The position numbers were made by a program, and so were the translations under genes. A stretch of 64,000 nucleotides of DNA from the NCBI RefSeq assembly GCF_009914755.1, contig NC_060925.1. The stretch is one strand, 5' to 3'. Below the pieces are notes generated by a model. It was not told the origin of the DNA. It did not search any database and worked only from the letters and a program-made list of their open reading frames with translations. Shown here one piece after another: positions 28,701-44,900 of this stretch (positions are counted from its first letter, which is position 1; every line of letters begins with the position of its first letter). The DNA is from the human T2T-CHM13v2.0 reference genome, Homo sapiens.

Positions 28701-30992
28701 ATCAAACGGAAAAAAACGGAATTATCGAATGGAATCGAAGAGAATCTTCGAACGGACCCGAATGGAATCATCTAATGGAATGGAATGGAATAATCCATGG
28801 ACTGGAAGGCAATCATCATTGAACGGAATCGAAAGGAATCATCATCGGATGGAAACGAATGGAATCATCATCGAATGGAAATGAAAGGAGTCATCATCTA
28901 ATGGAATTGCATCGAATCATCATAAAATGGAATCGAATGGAATCAACATCAAATGGAATCAAATGGAATCATTGAACGGAATTGAATGGAATCGTCATCG
29001 AATGAATTGAATGCAATCATCGAATGGTCTCGAATGGAATCATCTTCAAATGGAATGGAATGGAATCATCGCATAGAATCGAATGGAATTATCATCGAAT
29101 GGAATCGAATGGAATCAACATCAAACGGAAAAAAACGGAATTATCGAATGGAATCGAATAGAATCATCGAATGGACCCGAATGGAATCATCTAATGGAAT
29201 GGAATGGAATAATCCGTGGACTCGAATGCAATCATCATCGAATATAATCGAATGGAATCATCCAATGGACTCGAATGGAATAATCATTGAACGGAATCGA
29301 ATGGAATCATCATCGGATGGAAATGAATGGAATCATCATCGAATGGAATCGAATAGAATTATGGAATGAAATCCAGTGTGATCATCATCGAATGGACCCG
29401 AATGGAATCATCATCCAACGAATGCTAATGGAATCAACATCGAATGAATCAAATGGAAACACCATCGAATTGAAACGAATGGAATTACCATGAAATTGAA
29501 ATGGATGGACTCATCATCGAATGGATTCGAATGGAATCATCGAATAAAATTGATTGAAATCATCATCGAATGGAATCGAATGGATTCATTGAATGGAATC
29601 AGATGGAATCATCGAATGGACTGGAATGGAATCATTGAATGGACACGAAAGAGATCATGATTGAATGGAATTGAATGGAATCATCGAATGGTCTCGATTG
29701 GAATCATTATCAAATGGAATCGAATGGAATCACCGAATAGAATCGAATGGAACAATCATCGAATGGACTCAAATGGAATTATCCTCAAATGGAATGGAAT
29801 GGAATTATCGAATGCAATCGAATGGAATTATCGAATGCAATCGAATAGAATCATTGAATGGACTCGAATGGAATAATCATTGAACGGAATCGAATGGAAT
29901 CATCATCGGATGGAAACGAATGGAATCATCATCGAATGGAAATGAAAGGAGTCATCATCTAATGGAATTGCATGGAATCATCATAAAATGGAATCGAATG
30001 GAATCAACATCAAATGGAATCAAATGGAATCATTGAACGGAATTGAATGGAATCGTCATCGAATGAATTGAATGCAATCATCGAATGGTCTCGAATGGAA
30101 TCATCTTCAAATGGAATGGAATGGAATCATCGCATAGAATCGAATGGAATTATCATCGAATGGAATCGAATGGAATCAACATCAAACGGAAAAAAACGGA
30201 ATTATCGAATGGAATCGAAGAGAATCATCGAATGGACCCGAATGGAATCATCTAATGGAATGGAATGGAATAATCCATGGACTCGAATGCAATCATCATC
30301 GAATGGAATCGAATGGAATCATCGAATGGACCCGAATGGAATAATCATTGAATGGAATCGAATGGAATCATCATCGGATGGAAATGAAAGGAGTCATCAT
30401 CTAATGGAATTGCATGGAATCATCATAAAATGGAATCGAATGGAATCAACATCAAATGGAATCAAATGGAATCATTGAACGGAATTGAATGGAATCGTGA
30501 TCGAATGAATTGAATGCAATCATCGAATGGTCTCGAAAGGAATCATCTTCAAATGGAATGGAATGGAATCATCGCATAGAATCGAATGGAATTATCATCG
30601 AATGGAATCGAATGGAATCAACATCAAACGGAAAAAAACGGAATTATCGAATGGAATCGAAGAGAATCATCGAATGGACCCGAATGGAATCATCTAATGA
30701 AACGGAATGGAATAATCCATGGACTCGAATGCAATCATCATCGAATGGAATCGAATGGAATCATCGAATGGACTCGAATGGAATAATCATTGAACGGAAT
30801 CGAATGGAATCATCATCGGATGGAAATGAATGGAATCATCATCGAATGGAATCGAATAGAATTATGGAATGAAATCCAGTGTGATCATCATCGAATGGAC
30901 CCGAATGGAATCATCATCCAACGGAAGCTAATGGAATCAACATCGAATGAATCAAATGGAAACACCATCGAATTGAAACGAATGGAATTACC
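25725..30992 (+). repeat. Isolated copy of the derived (3690-bp-type) unit set: 1126 + 2639 + 1503 bp units
   Basis: Truncated core, 458-bp subrepeat, 23-bp-deleted core and a four-subrepeat train, carrying the same diagnostic variants as 39740-55000. Confidence 0.85.
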
Positions 30993-33900
30993 ATGAAATT
31001 GAAATGGATGGACTCATCATCGAATGGATTCGAATGGAATCATCGAATAAAATTGATTGAAATCATCATCAAATGGAATCGAATGGTATCATTGAATGGA
31101 ATCGAATGGAATCATCATCAGATGGAAATGAATGGAATCGTCATAGAATGGAATCGAATGGATTCATTGAATGGAATCAGATGGAATCATCGAATGGACT
31201 GGAATGGAATCATTGAATGGACTCGAAAGGGATCATGATTGAATGGAATTGAATGGAATCATCGAATGGTCTCGATTGGAATCATTTTCAAATGGAATCG
31301 AATGGAATCACCGAATAGAATCGAATGGAACAATCATCGAATGGACTCAAATGGAATTATCCTCAAATGGAATCGAATGGAATTATCAAATGCAATCGAA
31401 TGGAATTATCGAATGCAATCGAATAGAATCATCGAATGGACTCGAATGGAATCATCGAATGGAATGGAATGGAACAGTCAATGAACTCGAATGGAATCAT
31501 CATTGAATGGAATCGAATGGAATCATCGAGTGGAATCGAATGGAATTATGATCAAATGGAATCGAATGTAATCATCATCAAATGGAATCAAAAATAACCA
31601 TCATCAATTGGTAATGAATGGAATTGTCATCAAATGGAATTCAAAGGAATCATCATCAAATGGAACCGAATGGAATCCTCATTGAATGGAAATGAAAGGG
31701 GTCATCATCTAATGGAATCGCATGGAATCATCATCAAATGGAATCGAATGGAATCATCATCAAATGGAATCTAATGGAATCATTGAACAGAATTGAATGG
31801 AATCGTCATCGAATGAATTGAATGCAATCATCGAATGGTCTCAAATGGAATCATCTTCTAATGGAAAGGAATGGAATCATCGCATAGAATCGAATGGAAT
31901 TATCATCGAATGGAATCGAATGGGATCAACACCAAACGGAAAAAAACGGAATTATCGAATGGAATCGAAGAGAATCTTCGAACGGACCCGAATGAAATCA
32001 TCTAATGGAATGGAATGGAATAATCCATGGACTCGAATGCAATCATCATCGAATGGAATCAAATGGAATCATCGAATCGACTCGAATGGAATAATCATTG
32101 AACGGAATCGAATGGAATCATCATCGGATGGAAACGAATGGAATCATCATCGAATGGAAATGAAAGGAGTCATCATCTAATGGAATTGCAAGGAATCATC
32201 ATAAAATGGATTCGAATGGAATCAACATCAAATGGAATCAAATGGAATCATTGAACGGAATTGAATGGAATCGTCATCGAATGAATTGAATGCAATCATC
32301 GAATGGTCTCGAAGGGAATCATCTTCAAATGGAATGGAATGGAATCATCGCATAGAATCGAATGGAATTATCATCGAATGGAATCGAATGGAATCAACAT
32401 CAAACGGAAAAAAACGGAATTATCGAATGGAATCGAAGAGAATCATCGAATGGACCCGAATGGAATCATCTAATGGAATGGAATGGAATAATCCATGGAC
32501 TCGAATGCAATCATCGTCAAATGGAATCGAATGGAATCATCGAATGGATTCGAATGGAATAATCATTGAACGGAATCGAATGGAATCATCATCGGATGGA
32601 AATGAATGGAATCATCATCGAATGGAATCGAATAGAATTATGGAATGAAATCCAGTGTGATCATCATCGAATGGACCCGAATGGAATCATCATCCAACGG
32701 AAGCTAATGGAATCAACATCGAATGAATCAAATGGAAACACCATCGAATTGAAACGAATGGAATTACCATGAAATTGAAATGGATGGACTCATCATCGAA
32801 TGGATTCGAATGGAATCATCGAATAAAATTGATTCAAAACATCATCGAATGGAATCGAATGGTATCATTGAATGGAATCGAATGGAATCATCATCAGATG
32901 GAAATGAATGGAATCGTCATAGAATGGAATCGAATGGATTCATTGAATGGAATCAGAATGAATCATCGAATGGACTGGAATGGAATCATTGAATGGACTC
33001 GAAAGGGATCATGATTGAATGGAATTGAATGGAATCATCGAATGGTCTCGATTGGAATCATTATCAAATGGAATCGAATGGAATCACCGAATAGAATCGA
33101 ATGGAACAATCATCGAATGGACTCAAATGGAATTATCCTCAAATGGAATCGAATGGAATTATCGAATGCAATCGAATGGAATTATCAAATGCAATCGAAT
33201 AGAATCATCGAATGGACTCGAATGGAATCATCGAATGGAATGGAATGGAACAGTCAATGAACTCGAATGGAATCATCATTGAATGGAATCGAATGGAATC
33301 ATCGAGTGGAATCGAATGGAATTATGATCAAATGGAATCGAATGTAATCATCATCAAATGGAATCAAAAATAACCATCATCAATTGGTATTGAATGGAAT
33401 TGTCATCAAATGGAATTCAAAGGAATCATCATCAAATGGAACCGAATGGAATCCTCATTGAATGGAAATGAAAGGGGTCATCATCTAATGGAATCGCATG
33501 GAATCATCATCAAATGGAATCGAATGGAATCATCATCAAATGGAATCTAATGGAATCATTGAAAAGAATTGAATGGAATCGTCATCGAATGATTTGAATG
33601 CAATCATCGAATGGTCTCGAATGGAATCATCTTCTAATGGAAAGGAATGGAATCATCGCATAGAATCGAATGGAATTATCATCGAATGGAATCGTATGGT
33701 ATCAACACCAAACGGAAAAAAACGGAATTATCGAATGGAATCGAAGAGAATCTTCGAACGGACCCGAATGGAATCATCTAATGGAATGGAATGGAATAAT
33801 CCATGGACTCGAATGCAATCATCATCGAATGGAATCGAATGGAATCATCGAATGGACTCGAATGGAATAATCATTGAACGGAATCGAATGGAATCATCAT

Positions 33901-36900
33901 CGGATGGAAATGAATGGAATCATCATCGAATGGAATCGAATAGAATTATGGAATGAAATCCAGTGTGATCATCATCGAATGGACCCGAATGGAATCATCA
34001 TCCAACGGAAGCTAATGGAATCAACATCGAATGAATCAAATGGAAACACCATCGAATTGAAACGAATGGAATTATCATGAAATTGAAATGGATGGACTCA
34101 TCATCGAATGGATTCGAATGGAATCATCGAATAAAATTGATTGAAATCATCATCGAATGGAATCGAATGGTATCATTGAATGGAATCGAATGGAATCATC
34201 ATCAGATGGAAATGAATGGAATCGTCATAGAATGGAATCGAATGGATTCATTGAATGGAATCAGATGGAATCATCGAATGGACTGGAATGGAATCATTGA
34301 ATGGACTCGAAAGGGATTATTATTGAATGGAATTGAATGGAATCATCGAATGGTCTCGATTGGAATCATTTTCAAATGGAATCGAATGGAATCACCGAAT
34401 AGAATCGAATGGAACAATCATCGAATGGACTCAAATGGAATTATCCTCAAATGGAATCGAATGGAATTATCGAATGAAATCGAATGGAATTATCGAATGC
34501 AATCGAATAGAATCATCGAATGGACTCGAATGGAATCATCGAATGGAATGGAATGGAACAGTCAATGAACTCGAATGGAATCATCATTGAATGGAATCGA
34601 ATGGAATCATCGAGTGGAATCGAACGGAATTATGATCAAATGGAATCGAATGTAATCATCATCAAATGGAATCAAAAATAACCATCATCAATTGGTATTG
34701 AATGGAATTGTCATCAAATGGAATTCAAAGGAATCATCATCAAATGGAACCGAATGGAATCCTCATTGAATGGAAATGAAAGGGGTCATCATCTAATGGA
34801 ATCGCATGGAATCATCATCAAATGGAATCGAATGGAATCATCATCAAATGGAATCTAATGGAATCATTGAACAGAATTGAATGGAATCGTCATCGAATGA
34901 ATTGAATGCAGTCATCGAATGGTCTCGAATGGAATCATCTTCTAATGGAAAGGAATGGAATCATCGCATAGAATCGAATGGAATTATCATCGAATGGAAT
35001 CGAATGGTATCAACACCAAACGGAAAAAAACGGAATTATCGAATGGAATCGTAGAGAATCTTCGAACGGACCCGAATGGAATCATCTAATGGAATGGAAT
35101 GGAATAATCCATGGACTCGAATGCAATCATCATCGAATGGAATGGAATGGAATCATCGAATGGACTCGAATGGAATAATCATTGAACGGAATCGAATGGA
35201 ATCATCATCGGATGGAAACGAATGGAATCATCATCGAATGGAAATGAAAGGAGTCATCATCTAATGGAATTGCATGGAATCATCATAAAATGGAATCGAA
35301 TGGAATCAACATCAAATGGAATCAAACGGAATCATTGAACGGAATTGAATGGAATCGTCATCGAATGAATTGAATGCAATCATCGAATGGTCTCGAATGG
35401 AATCATCTTCAAATGGAATGGAATGGAATCATCGCATAGAATCGAATGGAATTATCATCGAATGGAATCGAATGGAATCAACATCAATCGGAAAAAAACG
35501 GAATTATCGAATGGAATCGAAGAGAATCATCGAATGGACCCGAATGGAATCATCTAATGGTATGGAATGGAATAATCCATGGACTCGAATGCAATCATCA
35601 TCAAATGGAATCGAATGGAATCATCGAACGGATTCGAATGGAATAATCATTGAACGGAATCGAATGGAATCATCATCGGATGGTAATGAATGGAATCATC
35701 ATCGAATGGAATCGAATAGAATTATGGAATGAAATCCAGTGTGATCATCATCGAATGGACCCGAATGGAATCATCATCCAACGGAAGCTAATGGAATCAA
35801 CATCGAATGAATCAAATGGAAACACCATCGAATTGAAACGAATGGAATTACCATGAAATTGAAATGGATGGACTCATCATCGAATGGATTCGGATGGAAT
35901 CATCGAATAAAATTGATTGAAATCATCATCGAATGGAATCGAATGGTATCATTGAATGGAATCGAATGGAATCATCATCAGATGGAAATGAATGGAATCG
36001 TCATAGAATGGAATCGAATGGATTCATTGAATGGAATCAGAACGAATCATCGAATGGACTGGAATGGAATCATTGAATGGACTCGAAAGGGATCATGATT
36101 GAATGGAATTGAATGGAATCATCGAATGGTCTCGATTGGAATCATTATCAAATGGAATCGAATGGAATCACCGAATAGAATCGAATGGAACAATCATCGA
36201 ATGGACTCAAATGGAATTATCCTCCAATGGAATGGAATGGAATTATCGAATGCAATCGAATGGAATTATCGAATGCAATCGAATAGAATCATCGAATGGA
36301 CTCGAATGGAATCATCGAATGGAATGGAATGGAACAGTCAATGAACTCGAATGGAATCATCATTGAATGGAATCGAATGGAATCATCGAGTGGAATCGAA
36401 TGGAATTATGATCAAATGGAATCGAATGTAATCATCATCAAATGGAATCAAAAATAACCATCATCAATTGGTATTGAATGGAATTGTCATCAAATGGAAT
36501 TCAAAGGAATCATCATCAAATGGAACCGAATGGAATCCTCATTGAATGGAAATGAAAGGGGTCATCATCTAATGGAATCGCATGGAATCATCATCAAATG
36601 GAATCGAATGGAATCATCATCAAATGGAATCTAATGGAATCATTGAAAAGAATTGAATGGAATCGTCATCGAATGAATTGAATGCAATCATCGAATGGTC
36701 TCGAATGGAATCATCTTCTAATGGGAAGGAATGGAATCATCGCATAGAATCGAATGGAATTATCATCGAATGGAATCGAATGGTATCAACACCAAACGGA
36801 AAAAAACGGAATTATCGAATGGAATCGAAGAGAATCTTCGAACGGACCCGAATGGAATCATCTAATGGAATGGAATGGAATAATCCATGGACTCGAATGC

Positions 36901-38935
36901 AATCATCATCGAATGGAATCGAATGGAATCATCGAATGGACTCGAATGGAATAATCACTGAACGGAATCGAATGGAATCATCATCGGATGGAAATGAATG
37001 GAATCATCATCGAATGGAATCGAATAGAATTATGGAATGAAATCCAGTGTGATCATCATCGAATGGACCCGAATGGAATCATCATCCAACGGAAGCTAAT
37101 GGAATCAACATCGAATGAATCAAATGGAAACACCATCGAATTGAAACGAATGGAATTATCATGAAATTGAAATGGATGGACTCATCATCGAATGGATTCG
37201 AATGGAATCATCGAATAAAATTGATTGAAATCATCATCGAATGGAATCGAATGGTATCATTGAATGGAATCGAATGGAATCATCATCAGATGGAAATGAA
37301 TGGAATCGTCATAGAATGGAATCGAATGGATTCATTGAATGGAATCAGATGGAATCATCGAATGGACTGGAATGGAATCATTGAATGGACTCGAAAGGGA
37401 TCATTATTGAATGGAATTGAATGAAATCATCGAATGGTCTCGATTGGAATCATTATCAAATGGAATCGAATGGAATCACCGAATAGAATCGAATGGAACA
37501 ATCATCGAATGGACTCAAATGGAAGTATCCTCAAATGGAATCGAATGGAATTATCGAATGCAATCGAATGGAATTATCGAATGCAATCGAATAGAATCAT
37601 CGAATGGACTCGAATGAATCATCGAATGGAATGGAATGGAACAGTCAATGAACTCGAATGGAATCATCATTGAATGGAATCGAATGGAATCATCGAGTGG
37701 AATCGAATGGAATTATGATCAAATGGAATCGAATGTAATCATCATCAAATGGAATCAAAAATAACCATCATCAATTGGTATTGAATGGAATTGTCATCAA
37801 ATGGAATTCAAAGGAATCATCATCAAATGGAACCGAATGGAATCCTCATTGAATGGAAATGAAAGGGGTCATCATCTAATGGAATCGCATGGAATCATCA
37901 TCAAATGGAATCGAATGGAATCATCATCAAATGGAATCTAATGGAATCATTGAACAGAATTGAATGGAATCGTCATCGAATGAATTGAATGCAATCATCG
38001 AATGGTCTCGAATGGAATCATCTTCTAATGGAAAGGAATGGAATCATCGCATAGAATCGAATGGAATTATCATCGAATGGCATCGAATGGTATCAACACC
38101 AAACGGAAATAAACGGAGTTATCGAATGGAATCGAAGAGAATCTTCGAACGGACCCGAATGGAATCATCTAATGGAATGGAATGGAATAATCCATGGACT
38201 CGAATGCAATCATCGTCGAATGGAATCGAATGGAATCATTGAATGGACTCGAATGGAATAATCATTGAACGGAATCGAATGGAATCATCATCGGATGGAA
38301 ACGAATGGAATCATCATCGAATGGAAATGAAAGGAGTCATCATCTAATGGAATTGCATGGAATCATCATAAAATGGAATCGAATGGAATCAACATCAAAT
38401 GGAATCAAATGGAATCATTGAACGGAATTGAATGGAATCGTCATCGAATGAATTGACTGCAATCATCGAATGGTCTCGAATGGAATCATCTTCAAATGGA
38501 ATGGAATGGAATCATCGCATAGAATCGAATGGAATTATCATCGAATGGAATCGAATGGAATCAACATCAAACGGAAAAAAACGGAATTATCGAATGGAAT
38601 CGAAGAGAATCATCGAATGGACCCGAATGGAATCATCTAATGGAATGGAATGGAATAATCCATGGACTCGAATGCAATCATCATCGAATGGAATCGAATG
38701 GAATCATCGAATGGACTCGAATGGAGTAATCATTGAACGGAATCGAATGGAATCATCATCGGATGGAAATGAATGGAATCATCATCGAATGGAATCGAAT
38801 AGAATTATGGAATGAAATCCAGTGTGATCATCATCGAATGGACCCGAATGGAATCATCATCCACCGGAAGCTAATGGAATCAACATCGAATGAATCGAAT
38901 GGAAACACCATCGAATTGAAACGAATGGAATTATC
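30993..38935 (+). repeat. Alternating 1776/1308-bp units
   Basis: Anchor spacings 1776, 1308, 1776, 1308, 1775. Confidence 0.85.
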
Positions 38936-41900
38936 ATGAAATTGAAATGGATGGACTCATCATCGAATGGATTCGAATGGAATCATCGAATAAAATTGAT
39001 TGAAATCATCATCCAATGGAATCGAATGGTATCATTGAATGGAATCGAATGGAATCATCATCAGATGGAAATGAATGGAATCGTCATAGAATGGAATCGA
39101 ATGGATTCATTGAATGGAATCAGATGGAATCATCGAATGGACTGGAATGGAATCATTGAATGGACCCGAATGGGATCATGATTGAATGGAATTGAATGGA
39201 ATCATCGAATGGTCTCGATTGGAATCATTATCAAATGGAATCGAATGGAATCACCGAATAGAATCGAATGGAACAATCATCGAATGGACTCAAATGGAAT
39301 TATCCTCAAATGGAATCGAATGGAATTATCGAATGCAATCGAATGGAATTATCGAATGCAATCGAATAGAATCATCGAAAGGACTCGAATGGAATCAGCG
39401 AATGGAATGGAATGGAACAGTCAATGAACTCGAATGGAATCATCATTGAATGGAATCGAATGGAATCATCGAGTGGAATCGAATGGAATTATGATCAAAT
39501 GGAATCGAATGTAATCATCATCAAATGGAATCAAAAATAACCATCATCAATTGGTATTGAATGGAATTGTCATCAAATGGAATTCAAAGGAATCATCATC
39601 AAATGGAACCGAATGGAATCCTCATTGAATGGAAATGAAAGGGGTCATCATCTAATGGAATCGCATGGAATCATCATCAAATGGAATCGAATGGAATCAT
39701 CATCAAATGGAATCTAATGGAATCATTGAACAGAATTGAATGGAATCGTCATCGAATGAATTGAATGCAATCATCGAATGGTCTCGAATGGAATCATCTT
39801 CTAATGGAAAGGAATGGAATCATCGCATAGAATCGAATGGAATTAACATTGAATGGACTCGAATGGAATCAACATCAAACGGAATCAAGCGGAATTATCG
39901 AATGGAATCGAAGAGAATCATCGAATGGACTCGAATGGAATAATCTAATGGAATTGAATGGAATAATCCACGGACTCGAATGCAATCATCATCGTATAGA
40001 ATCGAATGGAATCATCGAATGGACTCGAATGGAATAATCATTGAACGGAATCGAATGGAATCATCATCGGATGGAAACGAATGGAATCATCATCGAATGG
40101 AAATGAAAGGAGTCATCATCTAATGGAATTGCATGGAATCATCATCAAATGGAATCGAATGGAATCAACAGCAAATGGAATCAAATGGAATCATTGAACG
40201 GAATTGAATGGAATCGTCATCCAATGAATGAATGCAATCATCGAATGGTCTCGAATGCAATCATCTTCAAATGGAATGGAATGGAATCATCGCATAGAAT
40301 CGAATGGAATTATCATCGAATGGAATCGAATGGTATCAACATCAAACGGAAAAAAACGGAATTATCGAATGGAATCGAATAGAATCATCGAATGGACCCG
40401 AATGGAATCATCTAATGGAATGGAATGGAATAATCCACGGACTCGAACGCAATCATCGTCGAATGGAATCGAATGGAATCATCGAATGGACTCGAATGGA
40501 ATAATCATTGAACAGAATCGAATGGAATCATCATCGGATGGAAACGAATGGAATCATCATCGAATGGAAATGAAAGGAGTCATCATCTAATGGAATTGCA
40601 TGGAATCATCATCAAATGGAATCGAATGGAATCAACATCAAATGGAATCAAATGGAATCATTGAACGGAATTGAATGGAATCGTCATAGAATGAATTGAA
40701 TGCAATCATCGAATGGTCTCGAGTGGAATCATCTTCAAATGGAATGGAATGGAATCATCGCATAGAATCGAATGGAATTATCATCGAATGGAATCGAATG
40801 GTATCAACATCAAACGGAAAAAAACGGAATTATCGAATGGAATCGAAGAGAATCTTCGAACGGACCCGAATGGAATCATCTAATGGAATGGAATGGAATA
40901 ATCCATGGACTGGAAGGCAATCATCATTGAACGGAATCGAAAGGAATCATCATCGGATGGAAACGAATGGAATCATCATCGAATGGAAATGAAAGGAGTC
41001 ATCATCTAATGGAATTGCATGGAATCATCATAAAATGGAATCGAATGGAATCAACATCAAATGGAATCAAATGGAATCATTGAACGGAATTGAATGGAAT
41101 CGTCATCGAATGAATTGAATGCAATCATCGAATGGTCTCGAATGGAATCATCTTCAAATGGAATGGAATGGAATCATCGCATAGAATCGAATGGAATTAT
41201 CATCGAATGGAATCGAATGGAATCAACATCAAACGGAAAAAAACGGAATTATCGAATGGAATCGAATAGAATCATCGAATGGACCCGAATGGAATCATCT
41301 AATGGAATGGAATGGAATAATCCGTGGACTCGAATGCAATCATCATCGAATGTAATCGAATGGAATCATCCAATGGACTCGAATGGAATAATCATTGAAC
41401 GGAATCGAATGGAATCATCATCGGATGGAAATGAATGGAATCATCATCGAATGGAATCGAATAGAATTATGGAATGAAATCCAGTGTGATCATCACCGAA
41501 TGGACCCGAATGGAATCATCATCCAACGAATGCTAATGGAATCAACATCGAATGAATCAAATGGAAACACCATCGAATTGAAACGAATGGAATTACCATG
41601 AAATTGAAATGGATGGACTCATCATCGAATGGATTCGAATGGAATCATCGAATAAAATTGATTGAAATCATCATCGAATGGAATCGAATGGATTCATTGA
41701 ATGGAATCAGATGGAATCATCGAATGGACTGGAATGGAATAATTGAATGGACACGAAAGAGATCATGATTGAATGGAATTGAATGGAATCATCGAATGGT
41801 GTCGATTGGAATCATTATCAAATGGAATCGAATGGAATCACCGAATAGAATCGAATGGAACAATCATCGAATGGACTCAAATGGAATTATCCTCAAATGG

Positions 41901-44900
41901 AATGGAATGGAATTATCGAATGCAATCGAATGGAATTATCGAATGCAATCGAATAGAATCATTGAATGGACTCGAATGGAATAATCATTGAACGGAATCG
42001 AATGGAATCATCATCGGATGGAAACGAATGGAATCATCATCGAATGGAAATGAAAGGAGTCATCATCTAATGGAATTGCATGGAATCATCATAAAATGGA
42101 ATCGAATGGAATCAACATCAAATGGAATCAAATGGAATCATTGAACGGAATTGAATGGAATCGTCATCGAATGAATTGAATGCAATCATCGAATGGTCTC
42201 GAATGGAATCATCTTCAAATGGAATGGAATGGAATCATCGCATAGAATCGAGTGGAATTATCATCGAATGGAGTCGAATGGAATCAACATCAAACGGAAA
42301 AAAACGGAATTATCGAATGGAATCGAAGAGAATCTTCGAACGGACCCGAATGGAATCACCTAATGGAATGGAATGGAATAATCTATGGACTCGAATGCAA
42401 TCATCATCGAATGGAATCATCAAATGGACTCGAATGGAATAATCATTGAACGGAATCGAATGGAATCATCATCAGATGGAAATGAATGGAATCATCATCG
42501 AATGGAATCGAATAGAATTATGGAATGAAATCCAGTGTGATCATCATCGAATGGACCCAAATGGAATCATCATCCAACGGAATCTAATGGAATCAACATC
42601 GAATGAATTGAATGGAAACACCATCGAATTGAAACGAATGGAATTATCATGAAATTGAAATGGATGGACTCATCATCGAATGGATTGGAATGGAATCATC
42701 GAATAAAATTGATTGAAATCATCATCAAATGGAATCGAATGGTATCATTGAATGGAATCGAATGGAATCATCATCAGATGGAAATGAATGGAATCGTCAT
42801 AGAATGGAATCGAATGGATTCATTGAATGGAATCAGATGGAATCATCGAATGGACTGGAATGGAATCATTGAATGGACTCAAAAGGGATCATTATTGAAT
42901 GGAATTGAATGGAATCATCGAATGGTCTCGATTGGAATCATTATCAAATGGAAACGAATGGAATCACCGAATAGAATCGAATGGAACAATCATCGAATGG
43001 ACTCAAATGGAATCATCCTCAAATGGAATGGAATGGAATTATCGAATGCAATCGAATAGAATCATCGAATGGACTCGAATGGAATCATCGAATGGAATGG
43101 AATGGAACAGTCAATGAACTCGAATGGAATCATCATTGAATGGAATCGAATGGAATCATCGAGTGGAATCGAATGGAATTATGATCAAATGGAATCTAAT
43201 GTAATAATCATCAAATGGAATCAAAAATAACCATCATCAATTGTTATTGAATGGAATTGTCATCAAATGGAATTCAAAGGAATCATCATCAAATGGAACC
43301 GAATGGAATCCTCATTGAATGGAAATGAAAGGGGTCATCATCTAATGGAATCGCATGGAATCATCATCAAATGGAATCGAATGGAATCATCATCAAATGG
43401 AATCTGATGGAATCATTGAACAGAATTGAATGGAATCGTCATCGAATGAATTGAATGCAATCATCGAATGGTCTCGAATGGAATCATCTTCTAATGGAAA
43501 GGAATGGAATCATCGCATAGAATCGAATGGAATTAACATTGAATGGACTCGAATGGAATCAACATCAAACGGAATCAAGCGGAATTATCGAATGGAATTG
43601 AAGAGAATCATCGAATGGACTCGAATGGAATAATCTAATGGAATTGAATGGAATAATCCACGGACTCGAATGCAATCATCATCGTATAGAATCGAATGGA
43701 ATCATCGAATGGACTCGAATGGAATAATCATTGAACGGAATCGAATGGAATCATCATCGGATGGAAACGAATGGAATCATCATCGAATGGAAATGAAAGG
43801 AGTCATCATCTAATGGAATTGCATGGAATCATCATCAAATGGAATCGAATGGAATCAACAGCAAATGGAATCAAATGGAATCATTGAACGGAATTGAATG
43901 GAATCGTCATCCAATGAATGAATGCAATCATCGAATGGTCTCGAATGCAATCATCTTCAAATGGAATGGAATGGAATCATCGCATAGAATCGAATGGAAT
44001 TATCATCGAATGGAATCGAATGGTATCAACATCAAACGGAAAAAAACGGAATTATCGAATGGAATCGAATAGAATCATGGAATGGACCCGAATGGAATCA
44101 TCTAATGGAATGGAATGGAATAATCCACGGACTCGAATGCAATCATCGTCGAATGGAATCGAATGGAATCATCGAATGGACTCGAATGGAATAATCATTG
44201 AACAGAATCGAATGGAATCATCATCGGATGGAAACGAATGGAATCATCATCGAATGGAAATGAAAGGAGTCATCATCTAATGGAATTGCATGGAATCATC
44301 ATCAAATGGAATCGAATGGAATCAACATCAAATGGAATCAAATGGAATCATTGAACGGAATTGAATGGAATCGTCATCGAATGAATTGAATGCAATCATC
44401 GAATGGTCTCGAGTGGAATCATCTTCAAATGGAATGGAATGGAATCATCGCATAGAATCGAATGGAATTATCATCGAATGGAATCGAATGGTATCAACAT
44501 CAAACGGAAAAAAACGGAATTATCGAATGGAATCGAAGAGAATCTTCGAACGGACCCGAATGGAATCATCTAATGGAATGGAATGGAATAATCCATGGAC
44601 TGGAAGGCAATCATCATTGAACGGAATCGAAAGGAATCATCATCGGATGGAAACGAATGGAATCATCATCGAATGGAAATGAAAGGAGTCATCATCTAAT
44701 GGAATTGCATCGAATCATCATAAAATGGAATCGAATGGAATCAACATCAAATGGAATCAAATGGAATCATTGAACGGAATTGAATGGAATCGTCATCGAA
44801 TGAATTGAATGCAATCATCGAATGGTCTCGAATGGAATCATCTTCAAATGGAATGGAATGGAATCATCGCATAGAATCGAATGGAATTATCATCGAATGG

